Below are positions 15,520 through 25,497 of a stretch of 64,000 nucleotides of DNA, piece after piece (positions within the stretch are counted from its first letter, which is position 1; every line of letters begins with the position of its first letter). The DNA lies in the IMG/VR virus record IMGVR_UViG_3300032236_000601, positions 3,786 through 67,785 of that record; one strand, written 5' to 3'. The position numbers and the translations under genes are program-made. Under the pieces are notes generated by a model. The model searched no databases. It was not told the DNA's origin and worked only from the letters and a program-made list of their open reading frames with translations. Origin of the DNA: a virus.

Positions 15520-15551
15520 TTGATTCCTCCTTGCGGCGGCAACATTAAACT

Positions 15552-15581
15552 AGACTAACATATTTTTAGCCAGAAAGTCAA
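15552..15581 (-). promoter_or_regulatory. Sigma70-type promoter of the SLT gene
   Basis: TTGACT-18 nt-TAGTCT, then AAGGAGG SD. Confidence 0.6.
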
Positions 15582-15607
15582 TATATTTGCTGCCTTTATG
15601 AATGGTT

Positions 15608-15623
15608 TGTGAGAATGGTCACA
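15608..15623. promoter_or_regulatory. Perfect CRP/GlxR consensus box
   Basis: TGTGA-GAATGG-TCACA, intergenic, centred about -70.5 from the inferred start site. Confidence 0.6.
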
Positions 15624-15629
15624 GTAAAA

Positions 15630-15881
15630 TTAATCGTTACTTATAGGATTAATACGCTCAAGCCTATCAATTTCACGATTAATATACCAGGCTGCTTTCT
15701 TTAAATCTTCAATCTGCTTACCCTTAAGTTCTGAACGCATAATGTATTTGATGGCATTGCCAAGACAAAAATTCATGTGTTCTGTAATCTGAATAGTCTC
15801 AATTCCACTGGCATGTGAAGTATAGTGAACTGGATGATTAACCATATCTGATTCTGGTAAGTGCCATTTTTGATCTGTCAT
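15630..15881 (-). CDS. DUF3310 (T7 gp1.7-like) protein
   Basis: DMVNHPVHY...GNAIKYIMR...EDLKKAAWY. Confidence 0.9.
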   Translation of the reverse strand: MTDQKWHLPESDMVNHPVHYTSHASGIETIQITEHMNFCLGNAIKYIMRSELKGKQIEDLKKAAWYINREIDRLERINPISND

Positions 15882-16030
15882 TTTTTTAATCCAAACTTTT
15901 TTAATTGCTTATAAATTATTTGAACGCTTACCCCGCACTCCTTAGCAATTTCTTCAGGAGTTTTCTTATCCATAACATAACGTTTCTTCATGTATGCTTC
16001 AGATAAATGAAGTCCTACGTTCTTAGCCAT
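15878..16030 (-). CDS. Small HTH protein
   Basis: KTPEEIAKECGVSVQIIYKQLKKFGL; start MAKNVG. Confidence 0.8.
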   Translation of the reverse strand: MAKNVGLHLSEAYMKKRYVMDKKTPEEIAKECGVSVQIIYKQLKKFGLKK

Positions 16031-16034
16031 AATT

Positions 16035-16601
16035 TTAGAACACCTTTCCCCAGTTGTCAAGTGCCCATGTACCAATTGCAATTGCATCAGCAACGTCATC
16101 ATCATCAACATGGACATTAAACTTATCATTGACATACTTGATTGTTCTTTGTTTTCTAAATTCTCTTTCTCTGGACTTATACCATGTAGCAGATTTTCCA
16201 GGATTTTGAATCTTAATATTTTCTTTTTCTTCTGCTGTAAGACGCTTATTCCCTGTCCAATTCTGCCATTGCATTGGGCTTACACTAGCAATATGATTAG
16301 CCCCCGTAAGAGATGCACAGGCAACCAATGCTCCATGAGACATTGCTAAGTTTGCAGCAGTCTTTGGAGAGTTTAAATAAATAACTTGTTCAATAACAAT
16401 ATACTCAAGAGATTCAAACTGATTAAAGAACGCTTGTGTCTTATGTGCAGTATCTACAATCTTTTCATAAATATCATTGCCAAAAAACTTAACCTTTCCA
16501 TACTTTTCTAATTTTTCATTTTTAAAATATGCAAAAGCAAGACTATTTGTACTAGCATCAATTGCACAAAATGATGAAGGTTTAATTTTCAAATCTTTCA
16601 T
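16035..16601 (-). CDS. ruvC: RuvC-like Holliday junction resolvase
   Basis: AIDAST, IVIE, DDDVADAIAIG. Confidence 0.85.
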   Translation of the reverse strand: MKDLKIKPSSFCAIDASTNSLAFAYFKNEKLEKYGKVKFFGNDIYEKIVDTAHKTQAFFNQFESLEYIVIEQVIYLNSPKTAANLAMSHGALVACASLTGANHIASVSPMQWQNWTGNKRLTAEEKENIKIQNPGKSATWYKSREREFRKQRTIKYVNDKFNVHVDDDDVADAIAIGTWALDNWGKVF

Positions 16602-16878
16602 ATTCTATTATCCCCTTAAGTTCTTTTAATGCTTTATCTACCTGCTTAGTATCTATCTTACATACCCAGCAGTATCCAGATGGATTATAGATACTGATGA
16701 GAGTTCCACAGCCTCCAGAGCATCGTCTTTCTTTCTTGCTTAATTTTTGCCTACGCTTTATTTGATATCTTTCATTAACCTTTTCTTTTGTCGCAAGTTC
16801 TCTACACTCTTTAGAGCAATAAATTTGATAACTTACGTTTGGCTGGAATTCATTAGAACACCAGTCGCAGATCTTCAT
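16582..16878 (-). CDS. Zn-finger protein
   Basis: CDWC...YCSKEC...CSGGC...CWVC. Confidence 0.75.
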   Translation of the reverse strand: MKICDWCSNEFQPNVSYQIYCSKECRELATKEKVNERYQIKRRQKLSKKERRCSGGCGTLISIYNPSGYCWVCKIDTKQVDKALKELKGIIEYERFEN

Positions 16879-17642
16879 GCAAGATACTCCAATGGCTCAA
16901 TTTTCTTTTTACCCTTTTCTGCTGATAGGCAAGATGCTGCTACTGGACAGCCCTTACAAACCTTTGAATTAGATCGGTATGGCTTCTGTGGAATTTCTCC
17001 TGACTTCCATTGAGAATATACCTCACGCATCCACTGGAAGGCATATTCTGCCCACTCAATGATCTCTGGCGTTGGCTCTACAGTAATAGCGTGTAATTCA
17101 TGTGAGTTCTTATTTTCGTAAAGAAGAATTCCTAACTTCTTTCCTAAAACCTTCATATAAATAGCCAACTGCATTAAGTGATATGATGGTGGCTTTGCGT
17201 GCTTACGATAAGCAAACGCCTCTTCACGCATTGTCTTAATTTCCACAACAGGCTGCTCTTCTTCCCATTGAACGATAGCATCTGCAAAACCAAAAATGGG
17301 TGGATCTTGTGCAATAATACGCTTTTCTTTTTCTACCATTATTCCAGCATCCTCAATTGCCTTTTGAATACGCTCATGGCTTAGTGTTCCACTGCTCATA
17401 TTTGCAACTGCATAAGCATCGTTATCACTGGTAAACTCAGTTCCACTAAAAGCAAGGAACCAATAGCGTGGACAAGAACCATTTCCATAAACTAAAGTTG
17501 ATGGGCTAAATGTCTTCTTCTGTTTAAACTCTGTGCCCTGATCAATAAGATAACCAGACTCAATCTTTTCAATAAACTTTTTGGTATTTATTGGTCCTGC
17601 TGGCTGCTTATCTAAAACTGCCTTCATAAAATTCTTTGCCAT
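16875..17642 (-). CDS. Cas4-like PD-(D/E)xK exonuclease
   Basis: CPRYW, GFAD..VEIKT, QLAIY, C-terminal CKGCP...C (Fe-S). Confidence 0.88.
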   Translation of the reverse strand: MAKNFMKAVLDKQPAGPINTKKFIEKIESGYLIDQGTEFKQKKTFSPSTLVYGNGSCPRYWFLAFSGTEFTSDNDAYAVANMSSGTLSHERIQKAIEDAGIMVEKEKRIIAQDPPIFGFADAIVQWEEEQPVVEIKTMREEAFAYRKHAKPPSYHLMQLAIYMKVLGKKLGILLYENKNSHELHAITVEPTPEIIEWAEYAFQWMREVYSQWKSGEIPQKPYRSNSKVCKGCPVAASCLSAEKGKKKIEPLEYLA

Positions 17643-17643
17643 T

Positions 17644-18156
17644 TTATCCCTTTGTTAGATTATTTCTATAAAAATAAATTCTGTTTAGCCAATCATTCCA
17701 TTCATCAAGGCTCATATCGTTTTTTGCATAGTTGCACCTCTTGCAGCATGGCACACTATTTTCTATGGTATATCCATCATTATTATCTATTCTATCTATC
17801 CCCACTAAACCATTAAATCCGCACCAATGGCATGAACGAGATACAATTTCTAAAAACTCAACTCTAGTTAGAGTAAAACTATAACCCTTTTTCCTTGCTC
17901 TGTGCCGACAGTTAGTGAATAATCTATTAGCAACTTTATCCTCTTTAGTTTCATATCTCCAAATTTTACCATCACATCCAGCACACTTTCTACGTAGACC
18001 GCTTTGCCTTTTCACCCATTTTTCAGTTTTACATATATTACAATACAGAAGAAATCTATAATCAGTTTCTGATTCCCGATTAATTTTTAAAATTTGTCTG
18101 CCATCGGAAATAGTGTCTCCAACATTATACTTTGACTTTCTGCCAACATATTTCAC
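17644..18156 (-). CDS. Free-standing HNH homing endonuclease
   Basis: CHWCG...GIDRIDNNDGYTIENSVPCCKRCNYAK. Confidence 0.88.
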   Translation of the reverse strand: MKYVGRKSKYNVGDTISDGRQILKINRESETDYRFLLYCNICKTEKWVKRQSGLRRKCAGCDGKIWRYETKEDKVANRLFTNCRHRARKKGYSFTLTRVEFLEIVSRSCHWCGFNGLVGIDRIDNNDGYTIENSVPCCKRCNYAKNDMSLDEWNDWLNRIYFYRNNLTKG

Positions 18157-18160
18157 ATAT

Positions 18161-18454
18161 CTATTTTACCACATACTTTAAGGTCTGACAAAATTGTTGC
18201 AAAGATTCAGCAGCGGTATAGTATAAATTCTTTTTTGCTCTATCACTTTTGTCTACGTTGGACAACCAAGTCGCTCGCAAACTAAGTTTCATCTGTATTG
18301 CCTGCAACCTAACTAGTTCTGGCACGGCAACCTGAATTGGTATGTCTGGCTTAAACATTACCTTTGCAATAAATTCTAATGCCGTAGTCAGTTCTGGATC
18401 GTCCATATATTCTGCAATCTCGTACAGATCATTTACCTGCTCAAGAGTTGTCAT
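18161..18454 (-). CDS. Hypothetical helical protein
   Basis: Operon position, overlaps neighbour. Confidence 0.75.
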   Translation of the reverse strand: MTTLEQVNDLYEIAEYMDDPELTTALEFIAKVMFKPDIPIQVAVPELVRLQAIQMKLSLRATWLSNVDKSDRAKKNLYYTAAESLQQFCQTLKYVVK

Positions 18455-18761
18455 TATTCTTTACTCTTTCTAGTAGATATTCTTCAATAGACCATTCTAC
18501 CACGCACAGGCGAATTGTGCGATCTCCATCACGCAAAACTAATTGCAACATTGGAGACTTTGATCTATCTACTTTCATAGTATCTGTACAAATCTTTGCC
18601 CAGGTATCTACTGATATGGTAAATGACTTATTATATTCTTTTACATCTACCACAAACTCATCAAGGCTGCCGTCGCCCTTAACCATGCCACGACCAGAGT
18701 TCTTGTGTACCTTGGCCCCCATGCGCTTTAATTCTGATGCCTCAGTCTTATTCGTTGCCAA
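18441..18761 (-). CDS. PD-(D/E)xK resolvase-like nuclease
   Basis: NSGRG..KGD......VDVKE; start TTG 18761 (ATG 18779 possible). Confidence 0.7.
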   Translation of the reverse strand: MATNKTEASELKRMGAKVHKNSGRGMVKGDGSLDEFVVDVKEYNKSFTISVDTWAKICTDTMKVDRSKSPMLQLVLRDGDRTIRLCVVEWSIEEYLLERVKNNDNS

Positions 18762-18762
18762 C

Positions 18763-18930
18763 CTAGTATCCCCTGCCATATAGGTTTACTTTAGAAATAA
18801 ACTTACACTCACACATCCAAGTAAAGTCATAGGTATCTTTCCAGAACCTCGCTTTTGTTACATTGCTTCTGCATTTTTGACAAGAAAAAGTTCCATCGTA
18901 TACAGAGAACTTAATTTTTGGCTTAGCCAT
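18763..18930 (-). CDS. 55-aa Zn-ribbon-like protein (below ORF-track cutoff)
   Basis: MAKPKIKFSVYDGTFSCQKCRSNVTKARFWKDTYDFTWMCECKFISKVNLYGRGY. Confidence 0.7.
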   Translation of the reverse strand: MAKPKIKFSVYDGTFSCQKCRSNVTKARFWKDTYDFTWMCECKFISKVNLYGRGY

Positions 18931-19933
18931 TTGACACCTTCTTAATTAGTGATTCTTGAATATCAAGGTTTTCCTTAACTCCAAGGATTAATTTTTCTCT
19001 TCCTTGGTAACGTTCTCCTTCAACTGTATACCATGCACCGCCTCGTTCAATAAACCCCATGATTTCGGATGTATCAACCAAGTCTGCGATACTGTCCACA
19101 CCAACTTCATTCCCTCTGAAGTAAAAGTCATACTCTCCAGTTTGAAATGCAGGGCTGGTTTTTGAGAACTGTACGTCCCATCGAACCTTTCGACCAACCT
19201 TTTCTTCAATGACCTTATCACCGACATAAATCTTCCCCTTAATTGCCTGATTATCTGATTCAGATGAGAATAGTTTAATGATGGTAGAAGAGTAGAACTT
19301 TACCGCCATGCCCCCTGTAGGTTGTTGCTGCGTGTACATCTGACCAATATTGTTACGAGCCTGAGAAATAAGAATTAGCAAAGTAGGCTTAACCTGATTA
19401 TTTGCATAGTTAAGCATCTTTACTGCGTTAGTCATATCTCTGGCTTCTGCACCTATTTGCTTAGTATTTTCTAATTGTTTTAGTTCTGTTGAATCCTTTT
19501 CAAAATAAATTGCTGGTAACAATGCTGAAATGCTATCCACAATAATAAGATCAACACCAGCCTTCATTAGATCAGTACCAACATCTACCATATCGTTCAT
19601 TGTGCGTGCCGTTGAAACAATAAGATTTTCTACGTCTACGCCCAACTGTGCAGCCCATTCGGGGGAGAATGTCATTTCTGCGTCGATCCATGCACATACC
19701 TTGCCCTCCTTTTGAGCGTCAGCAATTAATTGTAAACAAAATGAAGACTTTCCAGAGGACTTATTTCCCCATACCAGTACCTGGCGACCATAGGGAAATC
19801 CTCCATTCAACGCTCTATTTAAACCAAAACTTGGTGTCTTAGCAAACTCTGTCTGAGCCATTTCAGACCCAAGAGAAATCTTCTTGCGTAATTTTGGGTT
19901 TAGTTGAGCAAGAATATCATCAATATTGGTCAC
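18923..19933 (-). CDS. recA: RecA-like recombinase
   Basis: GNKSSGKS, WIDAE, IIVDS, ISQAR, TGGMAVKFYSS, GGAWY. Confidence 0.95.
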   Translation of the reverse strand: MTNIDDILAQLNPKLRKKISLGSEMAQTEFAKTPSFGLNRALNGGFPYGRQVLVWGNKSSGKSSFCLQLIADAQKEGKVCAWIDAEMTFSPEWAAQLGVDVENLIVSTARTMNDMVDVGTDLMKAGVDLIIVDSISALLPAIYFEKDSTELKQLENTKQIGAEARDMTNAVKMLNYANNQVKPTLLILISQARNNIGQMYTQQQPTGGMAVKFYSSTIIKLFSSESDNQAIKGKIYVGDKVIEEKVGRKVRWDVQFSKTSPAFQTGEYDFYFRGNEVGVDSIADLVDTSEIMGFIERGGAWYTVEGERYQGREKLILGVKENLDIQESLIKKVSNG

Positions 19934-20283
19934 GCTAATACCCCATGCAGTCTTGCTCGTGATTCATTAACCTTAGCCTTTGCTTCAAATGTATCATGCA
20001 AAGATGGAATCTCATATCCTTGAGTAATTGCGCGATCATCACGCATACCCCAATATAGATCAAGAACTCTGATGATAATGTCTGCCATTTCTTCTACGAT
20101 CTTTTGACCGCCCTGCTCTTTTCTGATAGCCTCAAGCACCTCTGTTGCTTCTGAATGAATCATTGCAATTTGCTTAAGATAGAAGATAATGTGAGTATCT
20201 TCATTGTTTGGTTCCCAGAATCCCTTTTCTACAGCAGTATCGTGAAGATCCTTTGCTGTTGAATCTAAATTGATTGTTTTCAT
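19930..20283 (-). CDS. MazG-like NTP pyrophosphohydrolase
   Basis: IHSEATEVLEA...EEMADIIIRVLD. Confidence 0.85.
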   Translation of the reverse strand: MKTINLDSTAKDLHDTAVEKGFWEPNNEDTHIIFYLKQIAMIHSEATEVLEAIRKEQGGQKIVEEMADIIIRVLDLYWGMRDDRAITQGYEIPSLHDTFEAKAKVNESRARLHGVLA

Positions 20284-23200
20284 GCTACTACCTCCTGAAA
20301 TACTAAGTCCTCATCTTTTGAGAGACTATAATTAATCTTATATGCGTTACCCTCTTCTATTCGGGTATAGGCCATTGCAAAAGCCGATGGGAACACAATC
20401 ATGCTCATTAATTCCCTTCCACTATCAGCAACAACTAGGCTTGCCATTCGCTTTCCAGCCTTAGTGATGCGAGGCTTAAAGGATAGCACGTAATACTCAT
20501 CTTGTCCATATGGAAGTTGCTTGTAGTTCAAGAACCGTACCAATGGGCTGTGGCTTTCTCGTATCTCTTCAACAGGAACCGCTTCCACAATCCTGTTAGA
20601 TCCAACAAGAATAATATAAGTGCGACCCGCTTCGATGGATGTTTCCTCTTCATCAAATACTCCAATTGATCCTGTGCCGTCTAGGATTTCTACACGGCTC
20701 CATCCCTTTCCTCGCTTAATTCCACGGACTACTCCCATGAGAATGAGAGCCTTCTTTTCATCAAAATCATCTACAGAACTAATGTATGCATGATAATGCT
20801 GTGGAACCTGAATATTAAATTCTGGAAGATTCAAATACTCATACATATTTTCCTTGATCTTTTCATCATTTCGAGGATTATCTGGAAATGTAAGGGCACC
20901 TACAGCATTAAGGGAAGATAGGGCACGACTATTTACACCATTACCTTTAGTAAAGGTAAATTCTTCTACTTCTTTGTAAGACTTAAATGGTCTTCCCTCA
21001 ATATAACGAGAAGCGATCTTATCAGAAATAAACTTGATACTAGAAAGACCGAATCTAATACCCTTTCCCTCAATCTTAAAGTCTATATCGGAGTCATTGA
21101 TGTGTGGTAAGCGCATTGGAATACCAATACGCTTTGCTTCAATCAGATACTCTGTACGACCATCCTTATCTTTTTCATTCTTAAGCAATGCAAAGATAAA
21201 CTCTAGTGGATAATAATACTTTAGCCACGCCGTCCAAAACGAGACAGTTGAATAAGCGACCGCATGAGACTTATTGAATGAGTACCCTGCGTGCGCCTCA
21301 AAGTCAGACCACATTTTTTCAGCAGCCGCCCCACCAAGTGGCCCAGTCGCATTCCTAATAAATAACTCCTTGAATTGATCAAACTCTTTGGCATCCTTTT
21401 TCTTTCCAATAATCTTACGAACCTTGTTTGCTTCACCCATAGTCATACCGCCTAGACGTTGACAGGCAAGCATAACCTGCTCTTGATAAAGGATACACCC
21501 ATACGTATCTTCAGTGAACTCTTTTAGAATATTATTTGTATAAACAATACCGCTCTTACCTTGTTTACGAGCAATATACTCCTTACCAATAGTATTCATG
21601 GCACCTGGACGCACGAGAGCGTTAGATGCCACCAGTTCATCAAACTTATGCACGCCCATCTTCACAAGAAGATTAGTGTATGGAGTTGCTTCACATTGGA
21701 ATACGCCCTTAGTGTGTCCATCAGAAAGCATGTTGTAAATGTTAGAGTCTTCTAAATCTATTTTGCTTAAGTCTGGACGCTTACCTGTACGATCCTCAAT
21801 AATATTTAGAGTATCGTTAATCACAGTAAGAGTCTTAAGCCCCAGTGCATCAATCTTAATTAGACCAATATCTGCTGCTTCCTCCATGTCTACCGCAACA
21901 ACAGGAAGCCTAACATCACTTCCAGTAACATTTCTAGTTTCCATTGGAGCAACCCTAGAGATTGGTAATTTAGATGTAACTACGCCAGCAGCATGAACAC
22001 CTGTTCCACGAATGCGGCCCCGCAACTTATCTCCGTACTTTTCTACCTCTGGATACTTGTCACGAAACCACTGTGTGTTTTTAGAAGTTATATATTCCTC
22101 CCAAGTATCCACTGTCTTAAGAGCACGATTAACGTCAGCGAGTGGAACGTTGAAACAACGAGCAACATCTCTAACGACTCCTTTATCCCTGAACTGTAAG
22201 AACGTTGCAATTGATGCAACATGCTTATACTGTCTCTCTAAATACTCTTTGACTTCCTCACGACGGCTATCTTGAATATCAGAATCTACGTCTGGAAAGT
22301 CATCACGATCAATATCAATGAATCGGAAGAACAGGAGGCCATACTTAATTGGATCAATATCTGTAATTCCAAGAAGATAGCAAACCAAAGATCCTGCTGA
22401 GGAGCCACGACCTGGGCCAACCATAATGTCATTCTTCTTTGCCCAGTTAAGCATATTCTGAACAACAATAAAGTAAGAGGCAAACTTCTTATCCTTAATG
22501 ATAGAAAGTTCTTCTTCAAGTCGATCAACATATTCCTGATTAGTATGCAGATTCTTTTCCTTTAGAGAAGAAATTGCATACTTTCGAATAGTTGCATCAG
22601 GATCTTTATGTTCAACTGGAAGTAGATTTAAGTTGCGTTGAATCGTATATTCCTCAACCTTGTCAGCAATCTCCATAGTGTTGATAAACATATCTTCACG
22701 AGAATCTTCACCCATAGCCTCATGCATCTCTTCACCAGAGAGCAGATGAATATCAAACTTATTAAAACTCATCATACGATCTGCGCCATATAAATAATCA
22801 AGTCTCTTTAAAGGATCATCAATCTTACGAGATTTTTCATAGGTCACATCTTTCTCAAACTTAGCATGAGTATTATTGATAAGCATGATTTCCTGAATAA
22901 CCTTCTGGTCTACCGTTGCGTGATGACAATCAGGGGTTACGATGATCTTGTGACCTGCTGCATCAGCAAGTTCAATAAGGGCACGATTCATTCCATCAGA
23001 ATTATGAGGCATTACCTCAACATAGAAATCTTCCCCGAAACGATCTCCAAACCACTTAAGATGAGCCTTTGCAACGGCAAAGTCATCAACCTCAATAGCC
23101 TTATTAATGAGGCCAGACATACATGCCGACGAAACAATAAGACCCTCACGGTACTTTTCAAGCACCTCAAAGTCAATACGGGGCTTTCTATAAAACCCCT

Positions 23201-23549
23201 CAGTCCATGAAATCTCATTTAACCTTCCAAGATTTTCCAAACCCTTATCATTCTTTGCAAGAATAACAATGTGGTTATACACCAGATCAAGTGGCGTTGT
23301 GCGCTCAGACTTATCACGACGGTCAAAACGATCTGCTGTAATATATCCCTCTACCCCCAAAATGGGCTTGATCCCGCCAGCACGTGCGGCACGGACCATT
23401 GGTCGATGACCAGAAAGCGTTCCATGATCTGTAATTGCAATTGCTGACATGCCATTTTCCTTGGCACGATCTACATACTCTTCTGGAGTTGCAACCCCGT
23501 CCATTTGACTATAGTGAGTATGAACGTGTAGAGGTACATAATTCTTCAT
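20280..23549 (-). CDS. dnaE: DNA polymerase III alpha subunit (family C)
   Basis: PHP LHVHTHYS..DG, GRGSSAGSL, PDVDSD, HAAGVV, KIDALGL, YSFNKSHA. Confidence 0.97.
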   Translation of the reverse strand: MKNYVPLHVHTHYSQMDGVATPEEYVDRAKENGMSAIAITDHGTLSGHRPMVRAARAGGIKPILGVEGYITADRFDRRDKSERTTPLDLVYNHIVILAKNDKGLENLGRLNEISWTEGFYRKPRIDFEVLEKYREGLIVSSACMSGLINKAIEVDDFAVAKAHLKWFGDRFGEDFYVEVMPHNSDGMNRALIELADAAGHKIIVTPDCHHATVDQKVIQEIMLINNTHAKFEKDVTYEKSRKIDDPLKRLDYLYGADRMMSFNKFDIHLLSGEEMHEAMGEDSREDMFINTMEIADKVEEYTIQRNLNLLPVEHKDPDATIRKYAISSLKEKNLHTNQEYVDRLEEELSIIKDKKFASYFIVVQNMLNWAKKNDIMVGPGRGSSAGSLVCYLLGITDIDPIKYGLLFFRFIDIDRDDFPDVDSDIQDSRREEVKEYLERQYKHVASIATFLQFRDKGVVRDVARCFNVPLADVNRALKTVDTWEEYITSKNTQWFRDKYPEVEKYGDKLRGRIRGTGVHAAGVVTSKLPISRVAPMETRNVTGSDVRLPVVAVDMEEAADIGLIKIDALGLKTLTVINDTLNIIEDRTGKRPDLSKIDLEDSNIYNMLSDGHTKGVFQCEATPYTNLLVKMGVHKFDELVASNALVRPGAMNTIGKEYIARKQGKSGIVYTNNILKEFTEDTYGCILYQEQVMLACQRLGGMTMGEANKVRKIIGKKKDAKEFDQFKELFIRNATGPLGGAAAEKMWSDFEAHAGYSFNKSHAVAYSTVSFWTAWLKYYYPLEFIFALLKNEKDKDGRTEYLIEAKRIGIPMRLPHINDSDIDFKIEGKGIRFGLSSIKFISDKIASRYIEGRPFKSYKEVEEFTFTKGNGVNSRALSSLNAVGALTFPDNPRNDEKIKENMYEYLNLPEFNIQVPQHYHAYISSVDDFDEKKALILMGVVRGIKRGKGWSRVEILDGTGSIGVFDEEETSIEAGRTYIILVGSNRIVEAVPVEEIRESHSPLVRFLNYKQLPYGQDEYYVLSFKPRITKAGKRMASLVVADSGRELMSMIVFPSAFAMAYTRIEEGNAYKINYSLSKDEDLVFQEVVA

Positions 23550-23571
23550 TAATTTCCTTAAATTGGTGTAA

Positions 23572-23598
23572 GGGGCGATAGATATATTCTACCGCCCC
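23572..23598 (-). terminator. Hairpin after the SSB gene
   Basis: GGGGCG...CGCCCC stem. Confidence 0.5.
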
Positions 23599-23614
23599 AA
23601 ACAACATGTGTCAA

Positions 23615-24274
23615 TTACCAGTCTAGATTCTTGGTGTCACTAGATCCTGGAGAATCAAAGCCAAGATAGAATGACTCTTGCTCTGCATATGTTACTTCAC
23701 GAACAACCTTTTCAAGATTGAATGGCTCTACGCCCTTCCAATCAAACTTATCCTTATCTGGATCTCCTGGAAGCAGGATGTAGGTTGTATCAGTTCCACT
23801 GCCCTGGCGCTTCATACGCCATACACGATTGCTGATTGAACCAGTCTCAATTGCATATTCCTTTAGAGTATTGAATGCAGACTGCTTTCCAACACCCTGT
23901 GACCAAACTGCTACATATGGATCTTCTAGACCATCATCTACAAGAAGGTTGGTGTAGAAACGATAGCGAGCACGCCATCCACTCTTTGGCTCCTTGCGAG
24001 CCATCTCACAGCCAAAGCATCGACCCTCTGCCTCAATAGTGCAGACTGCCTTACGCTTATAATCCTTTGGATTTGTGTGCTCAGACACAACAATTGCGAG
24101 ATCACGTGCTGAATCATAATTTGGAGAATCCTCATCTAGTTCATTAACAAAACGAACCTTGGCACTCTGTCCATCCTCTAACTTAAGCCAGCGAACCTTT
24201 GACCCGCCCTCAGATGATACTGATGGACGATCTAGAGCCTTCTCCATCTCCTTTAAACCCTTCATAATTCCCAT
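23615..24274 (-). CDS. ssDNA-binding protein (gp32-like)
   Basis: WLKLEDGQSAKVRF, Zn ligands, KRQGSGTDTTY, acidic tail ending W. Confidence 0.8.
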   Translation of the reverse strand: MGIMKGLKEMEKALDRPSVSSEGGSKVRWLKLEDGQSAKVRFVNELDEDSPNYDSARDLAIVVSEHTNPKDYKRKAVCTIEAEGRCFGCEMARKEPKSGWRARYRFYTNLLVDDGLEDPYVAVWSQGVGKQSAFNTLKEYAIETGSISNRVWRMKRQGSGTDTTYILLPGDPDKDKFDWKGVEPFNLEKVVREVTYAEQESFYLGFDSPGSSDTKNLDW

Positions 24275-24287
24275 AATAATACGCTCC

Positions 24288-25232
24288 TTAATACATTGAT
24301 AATAGTGGGTCTTGCATTTTTTCTGTTAATTTAAAGATATCGTCGTCTGTCATGTCTCCAATATCCTTAAATCTTTGTGGCAGACCAATGACTGTTGCCC
24401 GATGTTTCATTCGGTTTACTATTTTTTCTGTCATTGTCTTTCCTGCATCATCGTTATCTGGAATAACTATAACGTTATTAAATGATTTTGTCAAGAGGTC
24501 TAGTTGAACCTTTGAGATATATACCCCAAGAGTTGCAATTGCTGGAACGCCACATTGATCTAATCGAATAGCATCAAATGACGACTCCACAACATAAACA
24601 GAATCAAACCTTTTTACACGATGAAGATTAAATAATACCTTTGACTTAGGTAGTCCAGGTGTATGAATGAAATTCTTTCCCTCAACACTGCGCCCAATAA
24701 AGCCCACATACATTTTACCGTCAGGGCTTTGAACTGGAATAGTAACCATGTCACGATTTTCGCTATATCCCAAAGAAAATTTATTTATAGAGTCAGGATT
24801 TAGCCTACGACCCTCAAAATACCTTATGGCTCTTGGACTATTAATTGCTTGACCGTTTAGTCTCTTTATAAGAAGTTCATCAAATGGTGAATAGTCAACT
24901 TTTTCCTCAAGCATCTTATCTAGACTGTCAACTATATTTGACTCTACCTTTGCGGAATCAATGAATCTGCTTGCTTCAAAGTAGGTTTTTTGAGTTAAAT
25001 GCATTACAAGTTCAATTAATGATCGGGACTCATGACAGGAAAAACAAAAGAAAGTCCCCTTATCTTTACTGACTTCACCAGCGGGTGTACGATAATTATT
25101 GTGATAAGGACAGAAAATCAAATAGTCTGAATCTACTTCTGATTCAATGGTGATTCCAGACCCTGATATGACTCTCCTGACCTGCTCTGAGGAGTATATA
25201 TCGGCCTGTTCTTGTCTAAACCGTCTATACAT
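24288..25232 (-). CDS. dnaG: DNA primase (CHC2 Zn finger and TOPRIM)
   Basis: CPYH...CFSC, VVESSFDA, PDNDDAG, KDIGDM. Confidence 0.92.
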   Translation of the reverse strand: MYRRFRQEQADIYSSEQVRRVISGSGITIESEVDSDYLIFCPYHNNYRTPAGEVSKDKGTFFCFSCHESRSLIELVMHLTQKTYFEASRFIDSAKVESNIVDSLDKMLEEKVDYSPFDELLIKRLNGQAINSPRAIRYFEGRRLNPDSINKFSLGYSENRDMVTIPVQSPDGKMYVGFIGRSVEGKNFIHTPGLPKSKVLFNLHRVKRFDSVYVVESSFDAIRLDQCGVPAIATLGVYISKVQLDLLTKSFNNVIVIPDNDDAGKTMTEKIVNRMKHRATVIGLPQRFKDIGDMTDDDIFKLTEKMQDPLLSMY

Positions 25233-25468
25233 GCGGCTGCCTTCTTTCCTAAATACGATCCATATACGCTTAATGTAAATTCATAATAATTACCTGTAAA
25301 TGATAGCGACCAGTCGGGGTCTATGTCAAGACGTTGAACATAACCTTCTGAACGCATAGAATCTCTTAGTAGTCTGATATATTCTTCTTTCATGCGTGGA
25401 ATAAAAATATCATCAGTAATTTGACCTTCTAGATGAAATCTTTTTATTCTTTTATGCATGAATATCAT
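25133..25468 (-). CDS. Hypothetical protein
   Basis: Leaderless promoter TGATATAAT-6 nt-ATG; 3' end overlaps primase start. Confidence 0.7.
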   Translation of the reverse strand: MIFMHKRIKRFHLEGQITDDIFIPRMKEEYIRLLRDSMRSEGYVQRLDIDPDWSLSFTGNYYEFTLSVYGSYLGKKAAACIDGLDKNRPIYTPQSRSGESYQGLESPLNQK

Positions 25469-25497
25469 GCAGTAATTATATCAGTTAGTTTTAATTA

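Noticed and set aside
16035-16055. RuvC C-terminus NWGKVF (and TWGKTI at 62744) as further capsid tags
   Set aside because: They lack the Gly at W+2, and the Trp is only 5 residues from the end instead of 10-11
16875-17642. Cas4 as evidence of a CRISPR-Cas system
   Set aside because: No cas1/cas2 or array; solo Cas4-like nucleases are routine in phage recombination modules
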